A stretch of DNA of 64,000 nt, taken from assembly GCA_020355165.1 (NCBI GenBank), contig CP070661.1, positions 3,421,809 to 3,485,808 on the forward strand, given 5' to 3'. This document shows positions 1-15,547 of the stretch, piece after piece. This DNA comes from Burkholderiales bacterium. Its GTDB lineage: Bacteria; Pseudomonadota; Gammaproteobacteria; Burkholderiales; Burkholderiaceae_F. The notes under the pieces were generated by a model. The model was given only the letters and a program-made list of their open reading frames with translations. It had not been told where the DNA came from and did no database searches. The position numbers and the translations under genes were made by a program. How positions within the stretch are numbered: the first letter of the stretch is position 1; each line of letters begins with the position of its first letter.

Positions 1-190
1 CGGCACCGAAGATCACCAGCCGCAGCGGCACGCCGATCTGCGGTGCGGCAAGGCCGGCGCCGTCGGCCGCCCGCATGGTGTCGAACATGTCCTCGATCAG
101 CCGGCGCAGCTCCGCCGTGCCGAAGTCGGCCACCGGCCGCGACCGCTGCAGCAGCCGCGGATCGCCCATTCTCAGGATCGGTCGGATCAC
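1..190 (-). CDS. def: peptide deformylase, N-terminal 63 codons (gene runs off the left window edge)
   Basis: Absent from the ORF track because it is open at the edge. Reverse-strand translation from GTG at 190 gives [63 protein letters not shown], the Def N-terminus with motif 1 (G-x-G-L-A-A-x-Q). GTGA start/stop overlap with the upstream gene. Confidence 0.85.
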   Translation of the reverse strand, partial: MIRPILRMGDPRLLQRSRPVADFGTAELRRLIEDMFDTMRAADGAGLAAPQIGVPLRLVIFGA

Positions 191-930
191 GGCTCGCCCT
201 GCACCGCCTGCTCGAGTATGCGCACGGCCCGTGTCACCGTCTGCCGCATCACGTTCTCGAGATCTTCCAGCTTGACCTGCTGCCGGCTCTCGCCGCGCCC
301 GGCCGCGTGGTTGACGACCACGCCGAGCGCGGCGTATTCGAGCCCCGCCTCGCGCGCCAGCGCCGCCTCTGGCATGCCGGTCATGCCGACCAGGTCGCCG
401 CCATCGCCCGCGATGCGCTCGATCTCCGCCGCCGTCTCCAGCCGCGGTCCCTGCGTGCAGGCGTAGGTGGCGCCGTCGACGATCGGTTCGCCGGCGGCGC
501 GCGCCGCCTCGAGCAGCGCGGCGCGCAGCCGGGCCGAGTACGGCAGCGTGAAGTCGATGTGCGTCACGCGCGCCTCGGCGCCTTCGAAGAAGGTGTTCTT
601 GCGGCTGTGCGTGTAGTCGATGATCTGGTCGGGCACCACCAGCGTTCCCGGGCCCAGATCGGCGCGCACCCCGCCCACCGTCGCTACCGAGAACACGCCC
701 TGCACGCCCAGCTCCTTCAGCGCCCAGACGTTGGCGCGGTAGTTGATCTCGTGCGGCGCGATGGTGTGGCCGTAGCCGTGCCGCGCCAGGAAGACCACCT
801 CGCGGCCGGCCAGCTGGCCGAAGGTCAGCGCCCCCGAGGGCTCGCCATAAGGCGAACGCATCACGCGCCGCCGCTGCTTCTGCAGTGCCGACAGCTTGGC
901 CAGCCCGCTGCCGCCGATGATCGCGTACAT
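187..930 (-). CDS. 5'-methylthioadenosine/5'-methylthioinosine phosphorylase family (PNP/MTAP fold)
   Basis: 247-aa ORF starting [10 protein letters not shown]. Contains [44 protein letters not shown] and [10 protein letters not shown] blocks typical of MTAP/MtiP-type phosphorylases. Confidence 0.8.
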   Translation of the reverse strand: MYAIIGGSGLAKLSALQKQRRRVMRSPYGEPSGALTFGQLAGREVVFLARHGYGHTIAPHEINYRANVWALKELGVQGVFSVATVGGVRADLGPGTLVVPDQIIDYTHSRKNTFFEGAEARVTHIDFTLPYSARLRAALLEAARAAGEPIVDGATYACTQGPRLETAAEIERIAGDGGDLVGMTGMPEAALAREAGLEYAALGVVVNHAAGRGESRQQVKLEDLENVMRQTVTRAVRILEQAVQGEP

Positions 931-933
931 CGC

Positions 934-4041
<3,108 letters not shown>

Positions 4042-7000
4042 TCAGGCGGCTTCGGCGGACAGTCGCATCGCGCTGTCGACGTCCACCGCCACGATGCGCG
4101 ACACCCCCTGTTCCTGCATCGTCACGCCGATCAGCTGCTCGGCCATCTCCATGGTGATCTTGTTGTGCGTGATGAACAGGAACTGCGTCCCCGGCGTCGA
4201 CTCGCGGCTGGTCATCGACCGCACCAGGGCGCAGAAGCGCTCGGTGTTGGGGTCGTCGAGCGGCGCGTCGACCTCGTCGAGCAGGCAGAACGGTGCCGGG
4301 TTCAGCTTGAACAGCGCGAACACCAGTGCGATCGCCGTCAGCGCCTTCTCGCCGCCGGACAGCAGGTGGATCGTGCTGTTGCGCTTGCCCGGCGGCTGGG
4401 CCATGACCTGCACGCCGGCGTCGAGGATCTCCTCGCCGGTCATCAGCAGCCTCGCCTCGCCGCCGCCGAACAGCCGCGGAAACAGCTGTCCGAAATGGAC
4501 GTTGACCTGGTCGAAGGTGGCCTGCAGCAGCTCGCGTGTCTCGCGGTCGATCCTGCGGATCGCATCCTCCAGCGTGTCGATCGCCGCCTTCAGGTCCGCC
4601 GACTGCGCATCGAGGAAACCCTTGCGCTCGCGGCCGGACTCGAGCTCCTGCAACGCCGCCAGGTTGACCGCACCGAGCGATTCGACCTCGGCAGCCAGCC
4701 GCGCGATCTCGGCCTGCAGCGCCGCGGCCCGAACGGGCGCCGCCTGCAGCCGCTCGGCGAGCTGCGCTTCATCGGCATGCACATCGGCGAGCATCTGCGC
4801 GAACTGCTCGACCGCCAGCCGTGCCGCCTGCTCCTTGAGCTGCAGCTCGGTGATCTTGTCGCGGCGTGGCTGCAGGTCCCGCTCGAGCTGCAGCCGCTCC
4901 TCGTCGATGCCGCGCACCTGCTGGCCGAGCTCGTCGAGCCGGCTGCGTGCCTCCCGCAGGCGATCCTCGGCCTGCGCCCGTTTCGACAGCCAGCCGTCGA
5001 GCCCGGTGCGCGCCGCGGTGTCGTCCAGCCCGGCCAGCTGCGCCTGCGCCGCCTGCTGGTCGGCCAGCAGGCGTTGCCCGTCCTCGCGCGCCGAGTCGAT
5101 CGCGTGCAGCACGTCGGAGCGCCGCTGGCGCGCCGCGCCCGCCTCGTACTCGAGCCGCTGCGCCTCCGCCGCCAGCCGGCCGCGCTCGTCGCGACCATCG
5201 CGCAGGGCGCGGTCGGCGTCCTCGTAGGCGACACGCGCCGACTCCAGCGCCTGCTGCTTCTCGGCCAGCGCCTGGTCGAGCTCGGCGAACCGCCGTTCGG
5301 CGTCGGCACGCTGGCCGTGCAGCTCGGACTCCTGGGCGTCGACCTCCGTCAGTTCGGTCTCGATCTGCCCGCCGCGGTGGCGCACCCGCTCGACCAGTTC
5401 GGCCAGCCGCACGATCTCCAGCTGCCGCGCGTGGGCCTCGCCGCGCAGCCGCTGCACCGCGCTGCCTTGTGCCTGTTCGGCCGCGGTCGCCTCGCGCAGT
5501 TCCGCCTCGCAGCGCGCCAGCGCGCCGACCGCGTGCTCGAGCAGCAGCTTCTGGGCGCGCTGCTCCTTTTCCAGGTTTTCGATTTCCTGCCGGCGCGCCA
5601 GCAGGCCGGACTTGCGATCGTCCGGCGCGTAGAAGCGCAGGCCGTAGCGCGACACCAAATGGCCGTCGCGCACGGCGAACTGCCCACCGGGCGGCAGCTG
5701 CTCGCGCGACGCCATCGCCTGCGCCAGGTCGTCGGCCACGAAGACGCCGCCGAGCCAGTCGCCCAGCACCGCGGCCAGCGCCGCGTCATGTCCGCGAACC
5801 CGGTCGCTCAGGCGACCAAAACCGGCCAGGGCCGCAGTTTCGCGCCCGATCGCCCCGGCCGTGCTGTAGAAAGCAACGCGTGCCGGCGGCGCATCGGCCG
5901 CCAGCGCGGCGAGCGAATCGAGCCGTCCGACCTCGATTCCTTCGATGCGGTCGCGCAGCACAGCCTCGAATGCGACCTCCCAGCCGGCGTCGACCTGCAG
6001 GCGACGGAACAGGCGCGGCAGCGCATCGAGCCCCTGCGCCTTCAGCCAGGGATCGAGCTTCTCGTCGGCCTCGACGTTGGCCTGCAGTTCGCGCAGCGCC
6101 TGCAGGCGCGCCTCCAGCCGCGCCAGCGTCTCGGTCTCGCGGGTCCGCGCCTCCAGCAGCTCGTGCCGTTGCCCCTGCGCATTGACCAACCGGCCCTGCG
6201 CTTCCTGCTGCCGCTCGCCGGACGCCGCCAGCTCCTCCTCGAGCCGCTGCGCCTGCGCCCTCATCGTCGACAGCCGCTCTTCGTCGGGAGCGCCGAGGTG
6301 GTCGCGCTCTTCCTGCAGTCGCTCGCGCCGCTGGGTCAGCGCCGCCAGCTGGCGGTCGACGCTGCGCTGCTCGGCGCCGGCGCCTTCGATTGCCTGCTCG
6401 GCAAGCGCCGCCGAGGCGCGCGCCGCGCCGAGGGCGTCGCGCGCGGCGGCGTAGGCCGCCTCCAGCGGCGGCAGACGGCGGTCGTGCTCGGCAAGCGTCT
6501 CGGTCGCCTGCGCGAAGCGCGCTTCGCCCTCGCCGATCTGCCGCTGCAGGTCCTCGGCGCGGGCGTTCAGGTCGCTTTCCTCGGCAAGCCGCCGCTCGCG
6601 GGTGGCGGCGAGCGTGGCCACCTGCGAGGCCAGCCGCTCGCGGCTCTCGGCCACCAGCCGCAGCTCGGCCTCGAGCTTGCCGATCTCGGCGTTGACGCTG
6701 AGCACCTCCGACTGCGCGGCGTGCAGCGCGTCGGAGCCGGCGTAGTGCGCGTTGCGCGCCTCGTCGAGCCGACGCTCGGCGGCGCGCAGCTCGGCGAGGT
6801 GGGCCTCCAGGGCGGCGCTGCGCACCTCGATGTCGCGCCCCACCTTGTCCTGCTCGGCGGCCGCGTCCCGCTTGCGGGTCATCCACAGCAGACGCTGCTG
6901 CTCGTCGTGGCTGGCCTTCAGCTGCTGGTAGCGCTGCGCGACCTCGGCCTGGCTTTCCAGCTTCTCGATCTGCGCCTCGAGCTCGCGCAGGATGTCCTCG

Positions 7001-7581
7001 ACCCGGGTCAGGTTGTCGCGCGTGTCGTGCAGCCGGTTCTCGGTCTCGCGACGGCGCTCGCGGTACTTGGAGACGCCGGCCGCCTCTTCGAGAAAGACGC
7101 GCAGTTCCTCGGGGCGCGCCTCGATGATGCGCGAGATCATGCCCTGGCCGATGATCGCGTAGGCGCGCGGCCCCAGCCCGGTGCCGAGGAAGATGTCCTG
7201 CACGTCGCGCCGCCGCACGCTCTGGTTGTTGATGTAGTAGCTGGAGGCGCCATCGCGCGTCAGCACGCGCTTCACGGCGATCTCGCCGAAGCGGCCCCAC
7301 TCGCCCTGGACCCGGCCGTCCGAGTTGTCGAACACCAGTTCGACGCTGGCGCGACCGCCCGGCTTGCGGTTGACCGAGCCGCTGAAGATCACGTCCTGCA
7401 TCGATTCGCCGCGCAGTTCGGCGGCCTTGCTCTCGCCGAGCACCCAGCGCACGGCGTCGATGACGTTCGACTTGCCGCAGCCGTTCGGGCCGACCACGCC
7501 TACCAGGCTGCCTGGCACCTCGATCTGCGTCGGATCGACGAAGGACTTGAATCCGGCCAGCTTGATCTGCCGAAGATGCAC
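4042..7581 (-). CDS. smc: chromosome segregation protein SMC
   Basis: 1179 aa with a GTG start (MHLRQIKLAGFKSF). Walker A GPNGCGKSN, long coiled-coil arms with a central hinge, C-terminal signature LSGGEKALTA and Walker B CLLDEVDAPLD. Confidence 0.95.
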   Translation of the reverse strand: MHLRQIKLAGFKSFVDPTQIEVPGSLVGVVGPNGCGKSNVIDAVRWVLGESKAAELRGESMQDVIFSGSVNRKPGGRASVELVFDNSDGRVQGEWGRFGEIAVKRVLTRDGASSYYINNQSVRRRDVQDIFLGTGLGPRAYAIIGQGMISRIIEARPEELRVFLEEAAGVSKYRERRRETENRLHDTRDNLTRVEDILRELEAQIEKLESQAEVAQRYQQLKASHDEQQRLLWMTRKRDAAAEQDKVGRDIEVRSAALEAHLAELRAAERRLDEARNAHYAGSDALHAAQSEVLSVNAEIGKLEAELRLVAESRERLASQVATLAATRERRLAEESDLNARAEDLQRQIGEGEARFAQATETLAEHDRRLPPLEAAYAAARDALGAARASAALAEQAIEGAGAEQRSVDRQLAALTQRRERLQEERDHLGAPDEERLSTMRAQAQRLEEELAASGERQQEAQGRLVNAQGQRHELLEARTRETETLARLEARLQALRELQANVEADEKLDPWLKAQGLDALPRLFRRLQVDAGWEVAFEAVLRDRIEGIEVGRLDSLAALAADAPPARVAFYSTAGAIGRETAALAGFGRLSDRVRGHDAALAAVLGDWLGGVFVADDLAQAMASREQLPPGGQFAVRDGHLVSRYGLRFYAPDDRKSGLLARRQEIENLEKEQRAQKLLLEHAVGALARCEAELREATAAEQAQGSAVQRLRGEAHARQLEIVRLAELVERVRHRGGQIETELTEVDAQESELHGQRADAERRFAELDQALAEKQQALESARVAYEDADRALRDGRDERGRLAAEAQRLEYEAGAARQRRSDVLHAIDSAREDGQRLLADQQAAQAQLAGLDDTAARTGLDGWLSKRAQAEDRLREARSRLDELGQQVRGIDEERLQLERDLQPRRDKITELQLKEQAARLAVEQFAQMLADVHADEAQLAERLQAAPVRAAALQAEIARLAAEVESLGAVNLAALQELESGRERKGFLDAQSADLKAAIDTLEDAIRRIDRETRELLQATFDQVNVHFGQLFPRLFGGGEARLLMTGEEILDAGVQVMAQPPGKRNSTIHLLSGGEKALTAIALVFALFKLNPAPFCLLDEVDAPLDDPNTERFCALVRSMTSRESTPGTQFLFITHNKITMEMAEQLIGVTMQEQGVSRIVAVDVDSAMRLSAEAA

Positions 7582-7703
7582 GACGAGTTGTCCCGGGAAG
7601 TCGACGTCGCCCGCGCAGTGATCGAAGGGCCCGCCGAGGGTGTTGCGATGGCTTCGTATAATACGCGTAACCCCCTTCCTTCCTCTGACGTCAGGGCGAG
7701 CCG

Positions 7704-8120
7704 ATGGCCACCCGTCCCGCCGCTTCGCTGGACACCTTCCCCAATCCCAGTCCCGAGCGCGATTACCTGGTCCACATCGAGATCCCCGAGTTCACCTGCC
7801 TGTGCCCGCTCACCGGGCAGCCGGACTTCGCCACGCTGGTGCTCGACTACGTGCCCGATGCGCGCAACGTCGAACTGAAGAGCCTGAAGCTGTACGCCTG
7901 GTCGTACCGCGACAAGGGCGCATTCCACGAGGCGGTCACCAACGCCATCGTCGACGATCTCGTGCGGGCGCTGAGGCCGCGCTTCGTGCGGCTGACGGCC
8001 CGCTGGTACGTGCGCGGCGGCATCTTCACCACGGTGGTGGCCGAGCACCGCAAGCGCGGCTGGAAGGCGCCGCCCAGCGTCGAGCTGCCGCGCTTCGAGC
8101 CGTCGTCGAGCGTGCGCTGA
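7704..8120 (+). CDS. queF: NADPH-dependent 7-cyano-7-deazaguanine (preQ0) reductase, short type I
   Basis: 138 aa. Catalytic-Cys block [14 protein letters not shown] and the QueF motif [13 protein letters not shown]. Confidence 0.9.
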   Translation: MATRPAASLDTFPNPSPERDYLVHIEIPEFTCLCPLTGQPDFATLVLDYVPDARNVELKSLKLYAWSYRDKGAFHEAVTNAIVDDLVRALRPRFVRLTARWYVRGGIFTTVVAEHRKRGWKAPPSVELPRFEPSSSVR

Positions 8121-9322
8121 TGAACCCGGACCTGGCGCGGCTGCAGCCTTATCCGTTCGAGCGGCTGCGCCAGCTGCTCGCCGGCAACCAGCCGCCGGCC
8201 GAGCTGGCGAACATCAACCTGTCGATCGGCGAGCCCAAGCACGCCACGCCGACGCTGATCTTCGAAGCGCTGACGGCGGCCCTGCCGACGCTGGCCAGCT
8301 ACCCGCTCACGCTCGGCACCGATGCGCTGCGCGAGTCGATCGCCGCCTGGCTGGCGCGCCGCTATGCGCTGCCCGGCATCGACCCGTCGACCCAGGTCAT
8401 CCCGGTCGCCGGCTCGCGCGAGGCCCTGTTCGCCTTCGCGCAGACGGTAGTCGACCGCACGCGGCCGGCCCGCGTCGTGATGCCGAATCCCTTCTACCAG
8501 ATCTACGAGGGCGCAGCGCTGCTGGCGGGCGGCGAGCCGCTGTTCCTGCCCTGCACGCCGGAGAACGGCTTCCGCATGGAATTCGGCCGCATCGAGCCGG
8601 CCACCTGGGAACAGGTGCAGCTCGTCTACGTGTGCTCGCCCGGCAACCCGCACGGGCGGGTGATGACGCTTGACGAGTGGCGCGAGCTGTTCGCGCTGGC
8701 CGACCGCCACGGCTTCGTCGTCGCCAGCGACGAGTGCTATTCGGAGATCTACTTCGACGAGGCGGCGCCGCCGCTCGGCGGGCTGCAGGCCGCCGTGGCG
8801 CTCGGCCGCAGCGGCTACGAGCGGCTGGTCGCCTTCGGCAGCCTGTCGAAGCGCTCGAACGCGCCCGGCCTGCGCTCGGGCTTCGTCGCCGGCGATGCCG
8901 AGGTGCTGAAGAAGTTCCTGCTGTACCGCACCTACCACGGCACGGCGCTCAGCCCGGCGGTGCAGGCCGCCAGCGTTGCCGCCTGGCGCGACGAAGCGCA
9001 CGTGATCGACAACCGGCGCCGTTACGCCGCCAAGTTCCGCCTGGCCACACCGGTCGTGCAGCAGGTGCTGCGCACCGAGATGCCCGACGCCGCCTTCTAC
9101 CTGTGGGCGCGCACGCCGATCGACGACGCCGAGTTCGCGCGCCGCCTGCACGCGCGGTTCAACGTCACCGTCCTGCCGGGCAGCTTCCTGTCGCGCACGC
9201 GCGATGGCTTCAACCCCGGCGCCGGCTTTGTGCGCATCGCGCTGGTCGCCGAGCAGGCCGAGGTCATGGAGGCGGCAAGGCGCATCGTCGAATTCGGACG
9301 TTCACTGCAAGGATCGACATGA
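8120..9322 (+). CDS. dapC: succinyldiaminopimelate transaminase (class I aminotransferase)
   Basis: 400 aa from ATG at 8120, with a 1-nt overlap on the queF stop. [21 protein letters not shown]-terminus and PLP-lysine block [14 protein letters not shown]. Lies directly upstream of and overlapping dapD. Confidence 0.85.
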   Translation: MNPDLARLQPYPFERLRQLLAGNQPPAELANINLSIGEPKHATPTLIFEALTAALPTLASYPLTLGTDALRESIAAWLARRYALPGIDPSTQVIPVAGSREALFAFAQTVVDRTRPARVVMPNPFYQIYEGAALLAGGEPLFLPCTPENGFRMEFGRIEPATWEQVQLVYVCSPGNPHGRVMTLDEWRELFALADRHGFVVASDECYSEIYFDEAAPPLGGLQAAVALGRSGYERLVAFGSLSKRSNAPGLRSGFVAGDAEVLKKFLLYRTYHGTALSPAVQAASVAAWRDEAHVIDNRRRYAAKFRLATPVVQQVLRTEMPDAAFYLWARTPIDDAEFARRLHARFNVTVLPGSFLSRTRDGFNPGAGFVRIALVAEQAEVMEAARRIVEFGRSLQGST

Positions 9323-10155
9323 CGACGCAAGACATCATCAACGACGCCTGGGAGAACCGCGCCAGCCTCGGCCCGGCAACGACCGGCCCGGTCCGCACCG
9401 CGGTCGAGGAGACGCTGGCAAGGCTCGACGCCGGCCAGCTGCGCGTCGCCGAGAAGCGCGACGGCCAGTGGGTGGTGCACCAGTGGGCCAAGAAGGCGGT
9501 GCTGCTGTCGTTCCGCCTGTCGGACAACGTGCCGATGGGCTTCGGCGACGGCGAGCCCTTCGCTTTCTACGACAAGGTACCGACCAAGTTCGCCGGCTGG
9601 ACCGAGGCGCAGTTCCGCGAGGCGGGCGTTCGCGTGGTGCCACCGGCGGTCGCCCGCCGCGGCGCCTACATCGCCCGCAACGTGGTGCTGATGCCCTCGT
9701 ACGTGAACATCGGCGCCTTCGTCGACGAGGGCACGATGGTCGACACCTGGGCAACCGTCGGCTCCTGCGCGCAGATCGGCAGCAACGTGCACCTGTCCGG
9801 CGGCGTGGGCATCGGCGGCGTGCTGGAGCCGCTGCAGGCCAACCCCACGATCATCGAGGACAACTGCTTCATCGGTGCGCGTTCGGAGGTGGTTGAGGGC
9901 GTGATCGTCGAGGAGAACTCGGTGCTGTCGATGGGTGTGTACATCGGCCAGAGCACCCGCATCCTCGACCGCGAGACCGGCCGCATCCTCTACGGCCGCG
10001 TGCCGGCAGGCTCGGTCGTGGTGCCCGGCTCGTTGCCATCGAAGGACGGCAGCTACAGCCTGTACTGCGCGGTCATCGTCAAGCGTGTCGATGCGCAGAC
10101 GCGGGCCAAGACAGGGATCAACGAGCTGCTGCGCGAGGCGACCGACCGCAGCTGA
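9319..10155 (+). CDS. dapD: 2,3,4,5-tetrahydropyridine-2,6-dicarboxylate N-succinyltransferase
   Basis: 278 aa with an ATGA overlap on dapC. Hexapeptide-repeat left-handed beta-helix region ([42 protein letters not shown]) and a DapD-type N-terminal domain. Confidence 0.93.
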   Translation: MTTQDIINDAWENRASLGPATTGPVRTAVEETLARLDAGQLRVAEKRDGQWVVHQWAKKAVLLSFRLSDNVPMGFGDGEPFAFYDKVPTKFAGWTEAQFREAGVRVVPPAVARRGAYIARNVVLMPSYVNIGAFVDEGTMVDTWATVGSCAQIGSNVHLSGGVGIGGVLEPLQANPTIIEDNCFIGARSEVVEGVIVEENSVLSMGVYIGQSTRILDRETGRILYGRVPAGSVVVPGSLPSKDGSYSLYCAVIVKRVDAQTRAKTGINELLREATDRS

Positions 10156-10269
10156 GGGCCGGCTGGCGAGCGGTTCGGATTCATCCGTTCTACGGATTCG
10201 CGTGGCTTCTGCTCGGGCCGCCTGCTGCGTAAGCTAGCCGGGACTGCGCCAACGAAGGTGAAGCAAGCT

Positions 10270-11406
10270 ATGGCATTGGACAAGCTGTTCCAGCTGATGG
10301 CCGAGAAGAACGCCTCGGACCTGTTCATTTCGGTCGGCTCGCCGGTGACGATCAAGATCAACGGCGTGTGCGTCCCGGTCAACCAGGAGAGGCTGCTGCC
10401 GGAGCAGGTGATCGGCCTGCTCGCCGAACGGCTGACCGACGCCCACTTCCGCGAGCTCGAGGAATTCAAGGAGCTGAACCTCGGCCTGCCGGTGCAGGGC
10501 GTCGGCAGCTTCCGCCTGAGCACGTTCCTGCAGCGCGGCACCGTCTCCGCGGTAATCCGCTTCATCCCGTACATCATCCCGAAGCTGGACGACCTGACGC
10601 TGCCGGAGATGCTGAAGGATCTGGTGATGGAGCGGCGCGGGCTGATCCTGGTCGTCGGGGCGGCCGGCTCGGGCAAGTCGACCACCATCGCCTCGATGCT
10701 CGATCACCGCAACGAGCTGTCGAGCGGGCACATCCTCACCTTCGAGGATCCGATCGAGTTCCTGTTCCGCAACAAGAAGTCGATCGTCAACCAGCGCGAG
10801 ATCGGCAGCGACGCGCTGACCCTGCAGGCGGCGATGCGCAACGCGATGCGGCAGGCGCCGGACGTGCTGTTCATCGGCGAGATCCGCGACCGCGAGACGA
10901 TGTCCGCCTCGATCGCCTACTCGATGAGCGGCCACCTGGTGGTGGCGACCCTGCACGCCACCAACAGCGCGCATGCGCTGAACCGCGTGATCAGCTTCTA
11001 TCCGCCGGAGGCGCGGCAGGCGCTGTTCCAGGATCTGGCGGCGTCGCTGAAGGCGGTCGTCTCGCAGCGGCTGCTGCGGGCCAAGCGCAGCGGCCGCACT
11101 CCCGCGGTCGAGGTGCTCCTGAACACCGGCCACATGGCCGACCTGATCGAGCGGGGCGACGTGCCGGCGATCAAGGAGGCGATGGAGCGAAGCCTCTCGC
11201 CCGGCAGCCAGTCGTTCGAGCAGAGCCTTTACGTGCTGCTGCAGAAGGACCACATCACGCGCGAAGATGCGCTGGCGGCAGCCGACTCCAAGAACAACCT
11301 GCTGTGGATGATCAACAACGCCGGCAAGCTGCCGGCGACACAGATGCCGGCGGCAAAGCAGGCGGCCGAGCCGGCATCCTTCTCGGAGTTCACCCTGAAT
11401 ATCTGA
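10270..11406 (+). CDS. pilU: PilT/PilU-family type IV pilus retraction-type ATPase (PilU-like)
   Basis: 378 aa from ATG at 10270, preceded by AAGGTG 9 nt upstream (the track start at 10258 is a GTG). Walker [10 protein letters not shown], Walker [11 protein letters not shown], His box [11 protein letters not shown]. The C-terminal helix reads [19 protein letters not shown] rather than the PilT AIRNLIRE motif. Confidence 0.8.
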   Translation: MALDKLFQLMAEKNASDLFISVGSPVTIKINGVCVPVNQERLLPEQVIGLLAERLTDAHFRELEEFKELNLGLPVQGVGSFRLSTFLQRGTVSAVIRFIPYIIPKLDDLTLPEMLKDLVMERRGLILVVGAAGSGKSTTIASMLDHRNELSSGHILTFEDPIEFLFRNKKSIVNQREIGSDALTLQAAMRNAMRQAPDVLFIGEIRDRETMSASIAYSMSGHLVVATLHATNSAHALNRVISFYPPEARQALFQDLAASLKAVVSQRLLRAKRSGRTPAVEVLLNTGHMADLIERGDVPAIKEAMERSLSPGSQSFEQSLYVLLQKDHITREDALAAADSKNNLLWMINNAGKLPATQMPAAKQAAEPASFSEFTLNI

Positions 11407-11410
11407 CCTG

Positions 11411-11436
11411 CAGGCGGAAGCCGGCCTTCCCGCCTG
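11411..11436 (+). terminator. GC-rich stem-loop just after the PilU-like gene (terminator-like, no U-tract)
   Basis: CAGGCGGAAG-ccggc-CTT(C)CCGCCTG forms a 10-bp stem with one bulged C, starting 5 nt after the stop at 11406. It is followed by a smaller GGCC-N7-GGCC hairpin. Confidence 0.3.
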
Positions 11437-11504
11437 GTGGCCTGGAAAAGGCCGCCCGCAGGCACTGCGACCATCCGCGCCGCGGGTCCACGGCCACGCA
11501 CCCG

Positions 11505-12644
11505 ATGTCCGCCACCCTCCAACTCGCGCAACAGCTGATCGCCTGCCGGTCGGTGACTCCCGACGATGGCGGCTGCCAGCCACTGATCGCTGCCCGCCTA
11601 GCCGCCGCCGGCTTCAGCGCCGAGACAATCGCCCGCAACGGCACGACCAACGTCTGGCTGCGCCGCGGCAGGCAGCGACCGACCGTGGTGTTCGCCGGCC
11701 ACACCGACGTGGTGCCGCCCGGCCCGCTCGAACAGTGGGCGACCGATCCGTTCAAGCCGACCATCCGCGACGGCATGCTGTTCGGTCGCGGCGCCTCCGA
11801 CATGAAGGCCTCGCTGGCCGCGTTCGCAATCGCCGCCGAGGAGTTCGTCCGCGCGCACCCGGCGCATCCGGGTTCGATCGCCCTGCTTCTGACCTCCGAC
11901 GAGGAAGGCCCGGCCACCGACGGCACGGTCGCCGTGGTCGAGCGGCTGACCGCGCGCGACGAGGCGATCGACTACTGCATCGTCGGCGAGCCGACCTCGG
12001 TCGATCACCTTGGCGACGTGATCAAGAACGGCCGCCGCGGTTCGCTGTCGGGCCGACTGCTGGTGCGCGGCATCCAGGGCCACGTCGCCTATCCTCACCT
12101 GGCGCGCAACCCGATCCACCAGGCGGCGCCGGCACTGGCCGATCTTGCCGCCGAGGTCTGGGACCACGGCAACGCCCACTTCCCGCCGACGACCCTGCAG
12201 ATCTCGAACATCCATGCCGGCACCGGGGCGCTGAACGTGATTCCCGGCAGCTGCGAGGTCGAGTTCAACCTGCGCTTCGCACCCGTCTCGACCGCGACCG
12301 CACTGATGCAGCGCATCGAAGGCATCCTGCGCCGGCACGGGCTCGACTACGAACTCGCCTGGACCGTGGGCGCCCAGCCGTTCCTGACCGAGCCCGGGCG
12401 GCTCAGCGAGGCGCTGTCGGCGGCGATCGAACTGGCCACCGGCCGGCGGCCGCAGCTGTCGACCACCGGCGGCACGTCCGACGGCCGCTTCATCGCCACC
12501 ATCTGCCCGCAGGTCGTCGAATTCGGCCCGCCGAACGCGACGATCCACAAGGTCAACGAGTGCGTCCGGGTCGCCGACCTCGAGCCGCTGAAGGACGTCT
12601 ACCGGCACACGCTCGAATTCCTGCTGACGGAAGCGAAGCCATGA
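11505..12644 (+). CDS. dapE: succinyl-diaminopimelate desuccinylase (M20 peptidase)
   Basis: 379 aa from ATG at 11505 ([25 protein letters not shown]). Contains [35 protein letters not shown] and a DapE-type dimerisation domain. Confidence 0.93.
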   Translation: MSATLQLAQQLIACRSVTPDDGGCQPLIAARLAAAGFSAETIARNGTTNVWLRRGRQRPTVVFAGHTDVVPPGPLEQWATDPFKPTIRDGMLFGRGASDMKASLAAFAIAAEEFVRAHPAHPGSIALLLTSDEEGPATDGTVAVVERLTARDEAIDYCIVGEPTSVDHLGDVIKNGRRGSLSGRLLVRGIQGHVAYPHLARNPIHQAAPALADLAAEVWDHGNAHFPPTTLQISNIHAGTGALNVIPGSCEVEFNLRFAPVSTATALMQRIEGILRRHGLDYELAWTVGAQPFLTEPGRLSEALSAAIELATGRRPQLSTTGGTSDGRFIATICPQVVEFGPPNATIHKVNECVRVADLEPLKDVYRHTLEFLLTEAKP

Positions 12645-13534
12645 GCATCGACGCCCAGGCCAACCTGCGCACCATCCGCGACGTGCTGCGCTATGCGGTC
12701 ACGCGGATGAGCGAAGCCGGTGTCTTCTTCGGCCACGGCCAGGTCGACGCGGTCGACGAGGCCCTGTTCCTCGTGCTCCGCTCGCTGCAGCTGCCGCTGG
12801 AGCGCGCCGACCTCTTCCTCGACGCGTTCCTGACCCACGCCGAGATCAACTCCCTGATCCAGGCGGTCGACCAGCGGGCACGAAAGCGGATGCCGGCCGC
12901 CTACATCCTGCGCGAAGCCTGGCTGCAGGGCTACCGCTTCTATGTCGATGAACGCGCGATCATCCCGCGCTCCTTCCTGGCCGAACTGCTGAAGGACGGG
13001 CTCGCTCCCTGGGTGCAGCAGCCGGAGGCCGTCGCCGACGTGCTCGACATGTGCACCGGCTCGGGGTGCCTGGCGATCATGGCGGCCGACGCCTTCGCCA
13101 GCGCGCACGTCGACGCGGTCGACATCTCGCCCGATGCGCTGGCGGTGGCCAAGCGCAACATCACCGACTACCAGCTGGCCAAGCGGGTGACGGCGGTGCA
13201 GTCGGACCTGTACGGCGACCTGCCGAACAAGCGCTACGACATCATCCTGTGCAACCCGCCCTACGTGACCGATGAGTCGATGGCCGCCCTGCCTCGCGAA
13301 TACCAGCAGGAGCCGAAGGTGGCGCTCGCCGGCGGTGCCGACGGCATGGCCATCGTGCGCCGCCTGGTCCGCGGCGCGCGGTCCTACCTCAAGCGCGGCG
13401 GCCTGCTGTTCGTCGAGGTCGGCGGCGGCCGCGCCGCCGCCGAGCAGGCGCTGAAGGACGTGCCGCTGACCTGGCTCACCACCAGCGACGGCGACGACAC
13501 GGTGTTCATGGCGAAGCAGGAAGAGTTGCCCTGA
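12641..13534 (+). CDS. prmB: 50S ribosomal protein L3 N5-glutamine methyltransferase
   Basis: 297 aa with an ATGA overlap on dapE. SAM motif [11 protein letters not shown] and catalytic NPPY (CNPPYV). PrmB-type N-terminus with [13 protein letters not shown]. Confidence 0.9.
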   Translation: MSIDAQANLRTIRDVLRYAVTRMSEAGVFFGHGQVDAVDEALFLVLRSLQLPLERADLFLDAFLTHAEINSLIQAVDQRARKRMPAAYILREAWLQGYRFYVDERAIIPRSFLAELLKDGLAPWVQQPEAVADVLDMCTGSGCLAIMAADAFASAHVDAVDISPDALAVAKRNITDYQLAKRVTAVQSDLYGDLPNKRYDIILCNPPYVTDESMAALPREYQQEPKVALAGGADGMAIVRRLVRGARSYLKRGGLLFVEVGGGRAAAEQALKDVPLTWLTTSDGDDTVFMAKQEELP

Positions 13535-13554
13535 TTGCTGCTCAGCGGTCGGTC

Positions 13555-13580
13555 GCGCTCGGCATTGCAGCACCGAGCGC
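13555..13580 (+). terminator. 8-bp GC stem-loop after prmB (weak terminator candidate)
   Basis: GCGCTCGG-cattgcagca-CCGAGCGC lies 21 nt after the prmB stop. No downstream T-run. Confidence 0.25.
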
Positions 13581-13639
13581 CGTCGGCCGCCGCATCCCGC
13601 GTCACGGTCGCCGGATCATGCGCCGGCTAACATTCGCGC

Positions 13640-15543
<1,904 letters not shown>

Positions 15544-15547
<4 letters not shown>

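Noticed and set aside
7582-7703. Possible preQ1 riboswitch upstream of queF, and the TATAAT at 7657-7662 as a full promoter
   Set aside because: There is no preQ1-I/II-like consensus (no ...GGUUCG...ACUAAAAA-type core). TATAAT has no acceptable -35 at 16-18 nt (TTGCGA is only 8 nt away), so only a bare -10 can be claimed.
10258-10269. GTG at 10258 as the start of the PilU-like gene
   Set aside because: The ATG at 10270 has an AAGGTG Shine-Dalgarno at the correct distance. It also aligns with the usual PilU N-terminus (M-x-x-x-K-L-x-x-L-M).
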